Positions 9,446-17,908 of a stretch of DNA of 60,900 nt are shown here, in pieces (positions within the stretch are counted from its first letter, which is position 1; each line of letters begins with the position of its first letter). The notes beneath the pieces are model-generated. The model was not told where the DNA came from, made no database searches, and saw only the letters and a program-made list of their open reading frames with translations. Where the stretch lies: assembly GCA_002451465.1 (NCBI GenBank), contig DKCJ01000020.1, forward strand, positions 52,777 to 113,676. The letters run 5' to 3'. Made by a program: the position numbers and the translations under genes. The stretch comes from Bacillales bacterium UBA6877. GTDB taxonomy: Bacteria; Bacillota_I; Bacilli_A; RFN20; CAG-826.

Positions 9446-10951
9446 ATGGTTAGAACTGCAGGGATTTTATTTCACATAAGCTCATTACCTTCAAAATATG
9501 GTATTGGGACATTAGGAAGAGAAGCTTATAACTTCATTGATTTTATGTGCAAAGCCAAATTACATATTTGGCAAATTTTGCCATTAACAGTTACAAGTTA
9601 TGGCGATTCCCCATATCAATCCCCATCTAGTATAGCTCTTAATCCTTATTTTATAGATTTAGAATTTTTAATAGAAGATGGACTTTTAACTAAAGAAGAA
9701 TGTGATTCCATTAATTGGGGAGATAATAAATTGCGTGTAAACTACGATTTATTATTTAAAAATAGAAATAATCTTTTATTTAAAGCTTTTGAAAGATTTA
9801 ATAAAAACGATGATAAATATCAAAGTTTCTTAAATAAAAAAGAATATTTTGATTATGCATTATTTATGACACTTAAAGAACTGCATAATTATAAACCTTG
9901 GAGTGAGTGGGAAGAAAAGTCACGTATATATAAAATAGGATTATCAAATGAAATAGCTGATAAATATAAAGAAAAAATTGAGTTTTATCAATGGACTCAA
10001 TATATATTTTTAAAACAATTTAACAATCTAAAAGAATATGCCCATAAACATGATGTCAAATTAATGGGTGACATGCCAATTTATGTTGCATATGATTCTC
10101 TTGAAGTTTGGAAATATCCAGAACTTTTCCAACTTGATAAAAATCATTACCCAACAAGAGTTGCTGGATGTCCGCCAGATTGTTTTAGTGAAGATGGTCA
10201 ACTTTGGGGTAATCCTTTATATAATTATGATTATATGAAAAAAAATAATTATGAATGGTGGAATCAAAGAATTTTATACAATTTAAAATTGTATGATATA
10301 ATAAGGATAGATCATTTTAGAGGTTTCAGTGGTTATTATTCAATTCCGTTTGGCGATAAAACAGCAAGAAATGGTAAATGGGTAAAAGGACCAGGAGCTG
10401 AATTATTTAAAGACAAATTGAATTTACCAATTGTCGCTGAAGACTTAGGTATGATGGATGATGATTTTTATAAAATGATGGATGTTGTTAAATATCCTGG
10501 CATGAAAATTATAACTCAATGTTTTGACGATCCTAATACAAACAATATATGGAGACCATCAAATTACACCGAAAACTTCTTTTCGTATAGTGGAACTCAC
10601 GATAGTCAAACAACAAGACAATTCATTGATGAATTATCAAAAGAACGAAAAGCATTGATGGAATCCATATTAGATGATGAATGCAATCGTTTAAATGTTG
10701 AAAAACTCGAAAACAAAACAAATGAATTGATGACCTTAAAAATTTGTGAATTAAATTTTGCTAGTAAAGCAGAAGCTGCAATTACCCCACTTCAAGATTT
10801 CTTAACAATTGGAAAAGAAGGAAGAATGAATTTCCCATCAACACTTTCAACTAACAATTGGTCATGGAGAGTTGATAAAGATGAATTCACTAAAAAAGAA
10901 GATGAATTAATCAATAAAATTAATTCATGGGTTAATAAATACAAACGTTAG
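9446..10951 (+). CDS. malQ: 4-alpha-glucanotransferase (amylomaltase, GH77), catalytic motifs intact
   Basis: RIDHFRGF, PIVAEDLG and SGTHDS are all present. The track start TTG 9392 lies inside the promoter. ATG 9446 (MVRTAGILFHISSLPSKYGIGT) aligns with the N-terminus of the paralogue. Confidence 0.9.
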   Translation: MVRTAGILFHISSLPSKYGIGTLGREAYNFIDFMCKAKLHIWQILPLTVTSYGDSPYQSPSSIALNPYFIDLEFLIEDGLLTKEECDSINWGDNKLRVNYDLLFKNRNNLLFKAFERFNKNDDKYQSFLNKKEYFDYALFMTLKELHNYKPWSEWEEKSRIYKIGLSNEIADKYKEKIEFYQWTQYIFLKQFNNLKEYAHKHDVKLMGDMPIYVAYDSLEVWKYPELFQLDKNHYPTRVAGCPPDCFSEDGQLWGNPLYNYDYMKKNNYEWWNQRILYNLKLYDIIRIDHFRGFSGYYSIPFGDKTARNGKWVKGPGAELFKDKLNLPIVAEDLGMMDDDFYKMMDVVKYPGMKIITQCFDDPNTNNIWRPSNYTENFFSYSGTHDSQTTRQFIDELSKERKALMESILDDECNRLNVEKLENKTNELMTLKICELNFASKAEAAITPLQDFLTIGKEGRMNFPSTLSTNNWSWRVDKDEFTKKEDELINKINSWVNKYKR

Positions 10952-10993
10952 TTATAAACTCTAAAAAAGTTTTTATAAAAAGAAAGGAAAAAC

Positions 10994-12178
10994 ATGGAAA
11001 AAGTTAAGACTGTTACCAAAAAAGGTAGTGGAGCTAGTGAAGAGCTTCAATATAAGACTAATGAGTCTTCAAAAGTCAAAGAATCTTCGCGAAATGTTGA
11101 TGATGTTTTTGTATCTTTAAGACATATCGACAAAATTTATGATAATAATGTTCAAGCTGTTTTCGATTTCAATTTAGATATCAAAAAACATGAATTTATT
11201 GTCTTTGTCGGACCTTCTGGTTGTGGTAAATCAACCACATTACGAATGATTGCAGGTCTTGAAGATATTACAAAAGGTGAACTTTACATTGACCATGTTT
11301 ATTGTAACGATAAAACACCTAAAAATAGAGATATTGCAATGGTTTTCCAAAGCTATGCACTTTATCCACACATGTCAGTTTATGAAAATATGGCATTTGG
11401 TTTAAAAATTAGAAGAATGCCAAAATTTGAAATTGATAAACGTGTTCATGAAGCAGCAAGAATTCTTCAAATTGAACAATATCTTGATCGTAAGCCAAAA
11501 GCTTTGTCTGGAGGACAAAGACAAAGAGTTGCTCTTGGTAGAGCAATTGTAAGAAACGCAAAAGTATTCTTAATGGATGAACCATTAAGTAACCTTGATG
11601 CTAAACTTCGTGTTCAAATGAGAAGTGAAATTATTAAATTGCATGAAGCTCTTGGAGCTACAACAATTTATGTTACTCACGACCAAACAGAAGCTATGAC
11701 AATGGCAACAAGAATTGTTGTTATGAAATTAGGTAGAATTCAACAAATTGGTACGCCAATAGAAATCTATAATCATCCAGCAAATTTATTTGTTGCAGGC
11801 TTTATAGGTTCTCCAGCAATGAATTTCTTAAAAGTTAAATTTGATGCAATGAATGGCGTAGCTTTATTATCTGATGGACATAAAATTGAAATTCCAAAAG
11901 AATATTATAAGGATAAAAAACTTCCTGAAGATGTTATTCTTGGAATCCGTCCAGAAGATATTAGCTTAACAAGTGATAAAACAAAAGGTTATGAAATTAC
12001 TGTAAATGTCGCTGAATTATTAGGTAATGAATATTATGTACACTGTGATTTTGGTGGCACTGACTTAATTTCTAAAATACCAGCTGAAAAGTTAATTAAG
12101 ATTGGTGATAAGTTAAATGTTGAATTTAAATTAAATAAATTGCATTTCTTCGATCCAAAGACAGAAAATGCTATTTAA
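10994..12178 (+). CDS. sugar ABC transporter ATP-binding protein (MalK/MsmX/UgpC type) with a ~40-residue Lys/Ser/Glu-rich N-terminal extension
   Basis: Walker A GPSGCGKST, signature LSGGQRQR, Walker B FLMDEPLSNLD, H-loop VTHDQ and a C-terminal regulatory TOBE-like domain. Confidence 0.9.
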   Translation: MEKVKTVTKKGSGASEELQYKTNESSKVKESSRNVDDVFVSLRHIDKIYDNNVQAVFDFNLDIKKHEFIVFVGPSGCGKSTTLRMIAGLEDITKGELYIDHVYCNDKTPKNRDIAMVFQSYALYPHMSVYENMAFGLKIRRMPKFEIDKRVHEAARILQIEQYLDRKPKALSGGQRQRVALGRAIVRNAKVFLMDEPLSNLDAKLRVQMRSEIIKLHEALGATTIYVTHDQTEAMTMATRIVVMKLGRIQQIGTPIEIYNHPANLFVAGFIGSPAMNFLKVKFDAMNGVALLSDGHKIEIPKEYYKDKKLPEDVILGIRPEDISLTSDKTKGYEITVNVAELLGNEYYVHCDFGGTDLISKIPAEKLIKIGDKLNVEFKLNKLHFFDPKTENAI

Positions 12179-12281
12179 ATAGGTATTAATAATAAGTTTG
12201 TTTCTTATTATGAAATATATAAAACATATAGAAATATTCATAAAGAAATTTCTAATTAAAGCAAAGGAGGAATAAGTATAT

Positions 12282-12827
12282 ATGTTTAAAAAAACAAAAA
12301 CCTTATTTTGTGGATTAGCAGCTTTGTTATTATTGGCAGGCTGCGGCAATGATAATGATGATGATTTTAATCAAAATAAAGATCCACATGGTCAAGGATT
12401 TACAATGTATGTTGTTGGTTCTGATTGGAACAAATGGGACCCAGCCACAATTACTGAAGCTGAAGGTTGTGCATTCAAAAAGGATGAAGCAACAGGACTT
12501 TATACCATCGATTTAGTCATTACTGAAGAAATGGCTGCTGTCGAAAGACTCTGTGGTTTTAAATTTATTAGTTCAAATTCCTGGTCAAGTCAATATGGTA
12601 TGGAAGATTTAAATTGGGAAAAATGTGATGATACATTCAAAAACCAATATAAAGAAAAAAATCCTGATTTAAAGAAAACATATTGGCATGAAGGAACGAG
12701 CAATAGAAGCAATATTGAAGCTTATGTTGCTGGTACCTGGCATATCGAATATAACCCAGCAAACTTCACTAGTGAAGAAGTTGATGGCGTTCCATACACA
12801 AATAAATTTACAATTACTATTAAGTAG
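12282..12827 (+). CDS. small lipoprotein of unknown function, possible carbohydrate-binding beta-sandwich
   Basis: Lipobox LLAGC (Cys21) and a strong SD (AAAGGAGGA) upstream. The Trp/Tyr-rich mature part is YVVGSDWNKWDP...SSNSWSSQYG. It is the gene immediately upstream of the binding-protein gene. Confidence 0.6.
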   Translation: MFKKTKTLFCGLAALLLLAGCGNDNDDDFNQNKDPHGQGFTMYVVGSDWNKWDPATITEAEGCAFKKDEATGLYTIDLVITEEMAAVERLCGFKFISSNSWSSQYGMEDLNWEKCDDTFKNQYKEKNPDLKKTYWHEGTSNRSNIEAYVAGTWHIEYNPANFTSEEVDGVPYTNKFTITIK

Positions 12828-12848
12828 TTTAAAAGGAGTAAATATATT

Positions 12849-14129
12849 ATGAAAATTAAAAAAGGTTTATTATTAACAATTGCTGCTACTGCTGTTTTAG
12901 GTCTTGCTTCTTGTGGAGGAGAAGGTGGCCAAACTAGTTATGGTGATGTTTCAACCAAAATTGGTATTTGGGCAACTGCAGCTGAAGAAGCTGTCATTAA
13001 AGAAGTTGTTGATGCATATAATGCAAAACAAACTGATGAAAAGAGCAAATTCTCTTATGAATTTACTGCTGTTAGTGAAGCTGATTGTGGTACAACATTA
13101 GCAAAAGATCCTACTGTTAGTGGTGCTCCAGCATTATTTTTATGCGCTGATGATCATATTAATAACTTAGTTAGTCTTGATATCATTGCTGAATTAAAAG
13201 GTAAACGTGCTGAAACAATCAAAGCTAACAACTCTGAAGCCGCTGTTTTAGGTGTTACTAATAGTGATAAAATTTATGGATATCCTGTTACAAGTGATAA
13301 CGGATACTTCTTATGGTATAACAAGGCTGAATTAAGTGATGTTAGCTCCTTAGAAAGTATCTTAAAAACCGCTAAAGAAAAAGGAAAACATGTCTTAATG
13401 GATGTACCAAATGGTTGGTATGCTAACTCATTTATTATGTCTCCTGAAGCTTGTGGAACTACATCTCTTTCTTGGAAGAAAAATAGTGAAGGTAAAGTAG
13501 TTTATGATACAACTTGGGACAGTGATACAGGCGTCAAAGTTAGTGAATATATTGCTGGTTTATTAACTCCATATTACGCCGATGGCACATTACAAATTGG
13601 TAGTAATGATGTTATTTCTTCAGGATTCAATGATGGATCATTAATTGCTGCAGTTAGTGGTACATGGATGGAAAAAGATATCCAAAACGCAATTGGCGAT
13701 AATATGGCCGCTTCTAAACTTCCAGAATACCATATTGATGGCAAAGCTTATCAAATGGCTTCATTCACTGGTACAAAAGTTTATGGAATTAACAAAACAA
13801 GACCAGCTGCTGAACAAAAAGTCGCTGCTGCTCTTGCAGATCTTTTAACCACAAAAGAATCACAATTAACAAGATTCAAAGTTAGAGCTTCATTACCATG
13901 TAACTTAGAAGCACAAAAAGATGAATCATACACCAAAAAAGTTTCAGTTGGTGGTAAAGCCTTAAATGCACAAAACCAATTCGCTTGTGTTCAAGCTCAA
14001 ACTGCTGAAGATAGATATTGGGATATTGGTAAGGCTATTGGTCAAGCTTATATTGATAGTAATTTAGGTGGTAAAACTTGGACTCAATTCTTAAAAGATC
14101 AAATGGATACTTTAAGAAAATCCGCTTAA
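12849..14129 (+). CDS. maltodextrin/sugar ABC substrate-binding lipoprotein (MalE/MdxE-like)
   Basis: Lipobox LGLASC (Cys22). The length and composition fit a family-1 solute-binding protein. It sits between the ATPase and permease genes. SD AAAGGAG. Confidence 0.8.
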   Translation: MKIKKGLLLTIAATAVLGLASCGGEGGQTSYGDVSTKIGIWATAAEEAVIKEVVDAYNAKQTDEKSKFSYEFTAVSEADCGTTLAKDPTVSGAPALFLCADDHINNLVSLDIIAELKGKRAETIKANNSEAAVLGVTNSDKIYGYPVTSDNGYFLWYNKAELSDVSSLESILKTAKEKGKHVLMDVPNGWYANSFIMSPEACGTTSLSWKKNSEGKVVYDTTWDSDTGVKVSEYIAGLLTPYYADGTLQIGSNDVISSGFNDGSLIAAVSGTWMEKDIQNAIGDNMAASKLPEYHIDGKAYQMASFTGTKVYGINKTRPAAEQKVAAALADLLTTKESQLTRFKVRASLPCNLEAQKDESYTKKVSVGGKALNAQNQFACVQAQTAEDRYWDIGKAIGQAYIDSNLGGKTWTQFLKDQMDTLRKSA

Positions 14130-14151
14130 TTAAATTGTTGTATTAATTTTT

Positions 14152-14182
14152 ATAGGAACAGTTCTAAAAGAGCTGTTCCTAT
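14152..14182 (+). promoter_or_regulatory. intra-operon stem-loop between the binding-protein and permease genes (13 bp stem, 5 nt loop)
   Basis: ATAGGAACAGTTC / GAGCTGTTCCTAT pair with a single G-U wobble. There is no strong T-tract after the stem. Confidence 0.6.
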
Positions 14183-14208
14183 ATTGTATTTTAGATAGGA
14201 GTAAAAAT

Positions 14209-17010
14209 ATGGAAGAAAAGGCAAATCCTAAAACAAACAATGTTTTTACTGAAAAAGCCCACCAGATGGGAATTTTTAAGAATTTTTTCATTAACTTCGG
14301 AAATAGTTTACTTAAATTATTACTTTGGTTATTTGATTTAATTTTATCAATGTTCACATCTTTGTGGCACTTTATTAAATTGTTTGGACTTGGCATTGTT
14401 GGTGCTTTTAAAAAATTTTATTTATTTATAAAAAGAAAATGCCATCAATTTAAATATAATGACTGGTCAGGTAGATTATCATTTATTATTTTTGGAACTT
14501 CATCATTTAAACATAAACAAATTGTAAATGGTATTGGTTATGTTCTTTTTGAAATAGCTTATATTACAATGTTTATTTTTAATGGAATTGGTTCCATTAA
14601 AATGTTAAAAACTTTAGGAACAAAAACACCAGGACCAGATCCTGATTGTATGGATGATTTTTGCGATTGGGTAAATGGTGATAACTCTATTTTACTTTTA
14701 ATTTTTGGTTTAGTTTGGATTCTTTCAATCATTGTCTTTATTTATATTTGGAATAGAAGTATAAATGCTGGCTATAACAATTTCCGTATTGATAATTTTG
14801 TTAAATTTGATGATTTAACAAAGAAGAGTATGGATTTTTCAAAAAAATTAGATGAAGAAGCAACTAAAGCTTTAAATAATGGTGTTTCTAAAACTAAATT
14901 TAAAGAAGAAAAAATACTAGAGATTAATGATTTTATCCAAGTTTTTAGTAATAAGTATGAACACGATTATACAAAATATTTATTAGTAGAAACTATTAAT
15001 CACTCCTATCAAGAAAATAAAAAATTAAATAAATTAACTTCAAAATTTAAAAAGAATGAAGAAAAAACTGCTTTAAAAATTAAATCAATTAATGAGAAAT
15101 TAGATAAAAATATTATATTGCTCGAAAGTAAGAAAGTATTAGTTTCTGATAATGAGGAAGCTATTGATAAATTAAATTTAAAAATTGAATCACTTAAAGG
15201 AAATGCACAATCAAAGATTCGTAATCTTTCTAGAAAAGGCGAAGTTTTAGAAAGAAAAATATATGAATTTAAAAAGACATATGCTTTCTTTGGATTACTT
15301 CAAAATGTAAGAAATAATAAACTTTATGGTAAATTTAACGATTATTTCAATGTAGTTGGTAGATTAAATAGTGATATTACTTTTTATGCAAATTATGATG
15401 AATTTAAATATTGCTATGTTAAAAATTTAGCTAAAAACGAAGAAGCCAACACTTCTAATAAACACGCTTTAGAAGAACTTGAAAAAACAAAAGTTCAAAA
15501 AATTAATGATATTCATAAAAAATATGATGATTTTAGAGCAAAACGTTTAGAAATCGAAAATAAAACTGAATTAGCTAAAAAAGAATATGAAGCAACTCTT
15601 AAAGCAATAAAAAGTCTTCCACAAAATGAAAAAGAACATGCTCAATTAGAAGCTAAAGCTCTTTTAGTTCAAAAGTCTAGTGAATATTTTAGAGAACTTC
15701 ATTATCTTCCAAGCAAAAAAGCTATTGTTGCTTTAGAAAAAGAAGAAATTAAAGAAGTTAATAATGCTTATTTAAGAGATAAAAAATATTTAAAAACTAA
15801 CTTTACTCCTGAAGGTTATGCAACTGAGCAAACAATTAATCGTATGATTGTTGATTATAAAATTGAATATGCAGTTGCAAGAGAATATTTTAAAAAAATA
15901 TTCAAGAAAAATAAGGAATTTTTAAGTGACGCTGAAGTTAAAGAAAAATTAAGCGAAACAAAAGAAGAACTTAAAAAATATGAAAATGATCATCAAGATA
16001 AATTCGTTGGAAGACCACGTTCATTTAAAGAATCTTTTGATGGATTATTCAATGAAAATTTCCATATAACAATTCTTGCTCTTCCTGTCTTAGGAATTGC
16101 CTTTATGACGGTTATTCCATTATTATTCTCAATTTTGGTCGCATTTACTAACTATAGTGTAGGACATATTCCTCCAACTCAATTATTTACTTGGACAGGA
16201 TTTGATAATTTTAAAAATTTATTCTTCCCAGATGCAAATAGTATTTATACAGTACTTCCAGAAGCTTTAATGCGTACTCTTGGATGGACACTTATTTGGG
16301 CGATTATCGCTACTTTCTCAAACTATATTTTAGGTATTATTGTCGCATTACTCATCAATAAAGATGGTATTAAATTAAAGAAATTATGGCGTACAGTATT
16401 TATTTTAACTATTGCTATTCCACAATTTATATCACTTTTATCAATTGGTACTTTATTAAAAGACACTGGTGCAATTGGAAGTTTAGTTTTCCAAATGACT
16501 GGGAATCGTCTTGGTTTTGGTACTGATAGTAGTGCAAATGGTGTATTATTTGCAAAAATTATTATTATATTAGTTAATATTTGGGTTGGTATTCCTTATA
16601 CAATTTTATCAACAACCGGTATCTTACTTAATATTCCAAAAGATTTATATGAATCTGCTCGTGTTGATGGAGCTGGTACATTTACTCAATTTACAAAAAT
16701 TACCATGCCATACATTCTTTTTGTTACAGGTCCATATTTAATCACTCAATTTGTAGGCAATATCAATAACTTTAACGTTATTTACTTCCTAACTGGTGGA
16801 GGTCCTGCAATTGCTGGTAGTGCTCTTTTAGGTTTAGGACAAACTGACTTATTAATCACATTCCTTTATAAGATTATTACCTCAACTAACAATCCTCAAT
16901 TTGGTATTGCAAGTTCTGTAGGTATATTTATCTTCGTTGTATGCTCATTTATTTCAATTGTTATGTATAATAAATCTGGAGCAATTAAAGAGGAGGATCA
17001 ATTCCAATAA
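14209..17010 (+). CDS. MalF-type ABC permease with a very long N-terminal extension (933 aa)
   Basis: C-terminal residues ~618-933 form a standard 6-TM sugar permease core with the EAA loop YESARVDGAGTFTQF. Residues 1-181 carry 3-4 extra TM segments. Residues ~182-617 are Lys/Glu-rich. Confidence 0.85.
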   Translation: MEEKANPKTNNVFTEKAHQMGIFKNFFINFGNSLLKLLLWLFDLILSMFTSLWHFIKLFGLGIVGAFKKFYLFIKRKCHQFKYNDWSGRLSFIIFGTSSFKHKQIVNGIGYVLFEIAYITMFIFNGIGSIKMLKTLGTKTPGPDPDCMDDFCDWVNGDNSILLLIFGLVWILSIIVFIYIWNRSINAGYNNFRIDNFVKFDDLTKKSMDFSKKLDEEATKALNNGVSKTKFKEEKILEINDFIQVFSNKYEHDYTKYLLVETINHSYQENKKLNKLTSKFKKNEEKTALKIKSINEKLDKNIILLESKKVLVSDNEEAIDKLNLKIESLKGNAQSKIRNLSRKGEVLERKIYEFKKTYAFFGLLQNVRNNKLYGKFNDYFNVVGRLNSDITFYANYDEFKYCYVKNLAKNEEANTSNKHALEELEKTKVQKINDIHKKYDDFRAKRLEIENKTELAKKEYEATLKAIKSLPQNEKEHAQLEAKALLVQKSSEYFRELHYLPSKKAIVALEKEEIKEVNNAYLRDKKYLKTNFTPEGYATEQTINRMIVDYKIEYAVAREYFKKIFKKNKEFLSDAEVKEKLSETKEELKKYENDHQDKFVGRPRSFKESFDGLFNENFHITILALPVLGIAFMTVIPLLFSILVAFTNYSVGHIPPTQLFTWTGFDNFKNLFFPDANSIYTVLPEALMRTLGWTLIWAIIATFSNYILGIIVALLINKDGIKLKKLWRTVFILTIAIPQFISLLSIGTLLKDTGAIGSLVFQMTGNRLGFGTDSSANGVLFAKIIIILVNIWVGIPYTILSTTGILLNIPKDLYESARVDGAGTFTQFTKITMPYILFVTGPYLITQFVGNINNFNVIYFLTGGGPAIAGSALLGLGQTDLLITFLYKIITSTNNPQFGIASSVGIFIFVVCSFISIVMYNKSGAIKEEDQFQ

Positions 17011-17011
17011 T

Positions 17012-17908
17012 ATGAAAAGCGCAAAATTAAGAAAAATTTTAGGAAATACTTTCATTTACCTCATTTTAATTGTTTTATCGATTATTTGGGTTGCACCAAT
17101 TGTTTGGCTCATCTTACAATCTTTTGGTGAAGGTGGTATTAGTGTTAGAGCACAACTTATTCCTAAGAATTTCACATTTGATAATTATTTATATTTATTC
17201 TCAAATTTCACTGGAAAAATAAATCCATTAGCAACCAATCATACTTTAGATGGGAAGTTCTTTACTTGGTTGCTTAATACTTTAATCGTAAGTATATTAA
17301 GTTGTGTTATTTCAACAATATTTGTTCTTGGAACAGCTTATGGTTTATCAAGATTTAGATTTAAAGGAAGAACTTTCTTAATGAAATTAAATCTTGTTAT
17401 TGGTATGTTCCCTGGCTTCTTAAGCATGATTATCTTATATTGGGTTATGAGAGATATTATCCATTTGCAAGGTAATTATATGTCACTTGTTATTATTTAT
17501 AGTGCTGGTGCAGGTGGCGGATATTATATTTCAAAAGGTTTCTTTGATACAATTTCAAAAAACATTGATGAAGCTGCAATGATTGATGGAGCTACTCGTA
17601 GTCAAATATTCTGGCAAATTATTTTGCCACTTGCAAAACCAATTATTGTCTATACAATATTAACTTCCTTTATGGCACCATGGGGTGAATACGTTACCTC
17701 ATCTTACATTATAGGTTTACAAAACATTGATAATTGGACTGTTGCAATTGGTCTTTATCAATTTACAGTTGGGCAAGATGTTGCAACTTCATACTATACA
17801 CAATTTGCAGCAGGTGCTGTTGTTATTGCCGTTCCAATTACATTATTATTTATGTTCTTACAAAAATATTATGTCAGTGGAGTTACTGGAGGAGCAGTTA
17901 AAGGTTAA
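17012..17908 (+). CDS. MalG-type ABC permease
   Basis: 6-TM permease with EAA loop DEAAMIDGATRSQIF. ATG 17012 (MKSAKLRK) follows the malF-like stop and GAGGAGG. The track start at 16937 overlaps the upstream gene. Confidence 0.85.
   Translation: MKSAKLRKILGNTFIYLILIVLSIIWVAPIVWLILQSFGEGGISVRAQLIPKNFTFDNYLYLFSNFTGKINPLATNHTLDGKFFTWLLNTLIVSILSCVISTIFVLGTAYGLSRFRFKGRTFLMKLNLVIGMFPGFLSMIILYWVMRDIIHLQGNYMSLVIIYSAGAGGGYYISKGFFDTISKNIDEAAMIDGATRSQIFWQIILPLAKPIIVYTILTSFMAPWGEYVTSSYIIGLQNIDNWTVAIGLYQFTVGQDVATSYYTQFAAGAVVIAVPITLLFMFLQKYYVSGVTGGAVKG

Noticed and set aside
12131-12349. 72-aa minus-strand ORF spanning the ATPase/lipoprotein junction
   Set aside because: It overlaps two well-supported plus-strand genes and their SD. 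The sequence is low-complexity.
12904-13848. Two alternative-frame plus-strand ORFs (12904..13101 and 13645..13848) inside the binding-protein gene
   Set aside because: They are out-of-frame overlaps within a gene that has a clear lipobox and family-level composition. Their Leu/Lys-rich products look artefactual.
14130-14396. 88-aa minus-strand ORF across the malE-like/malF-like junction
   Set aside because: It covers the intergenic hairpin and the permease start. There is no SD and it is antisense.
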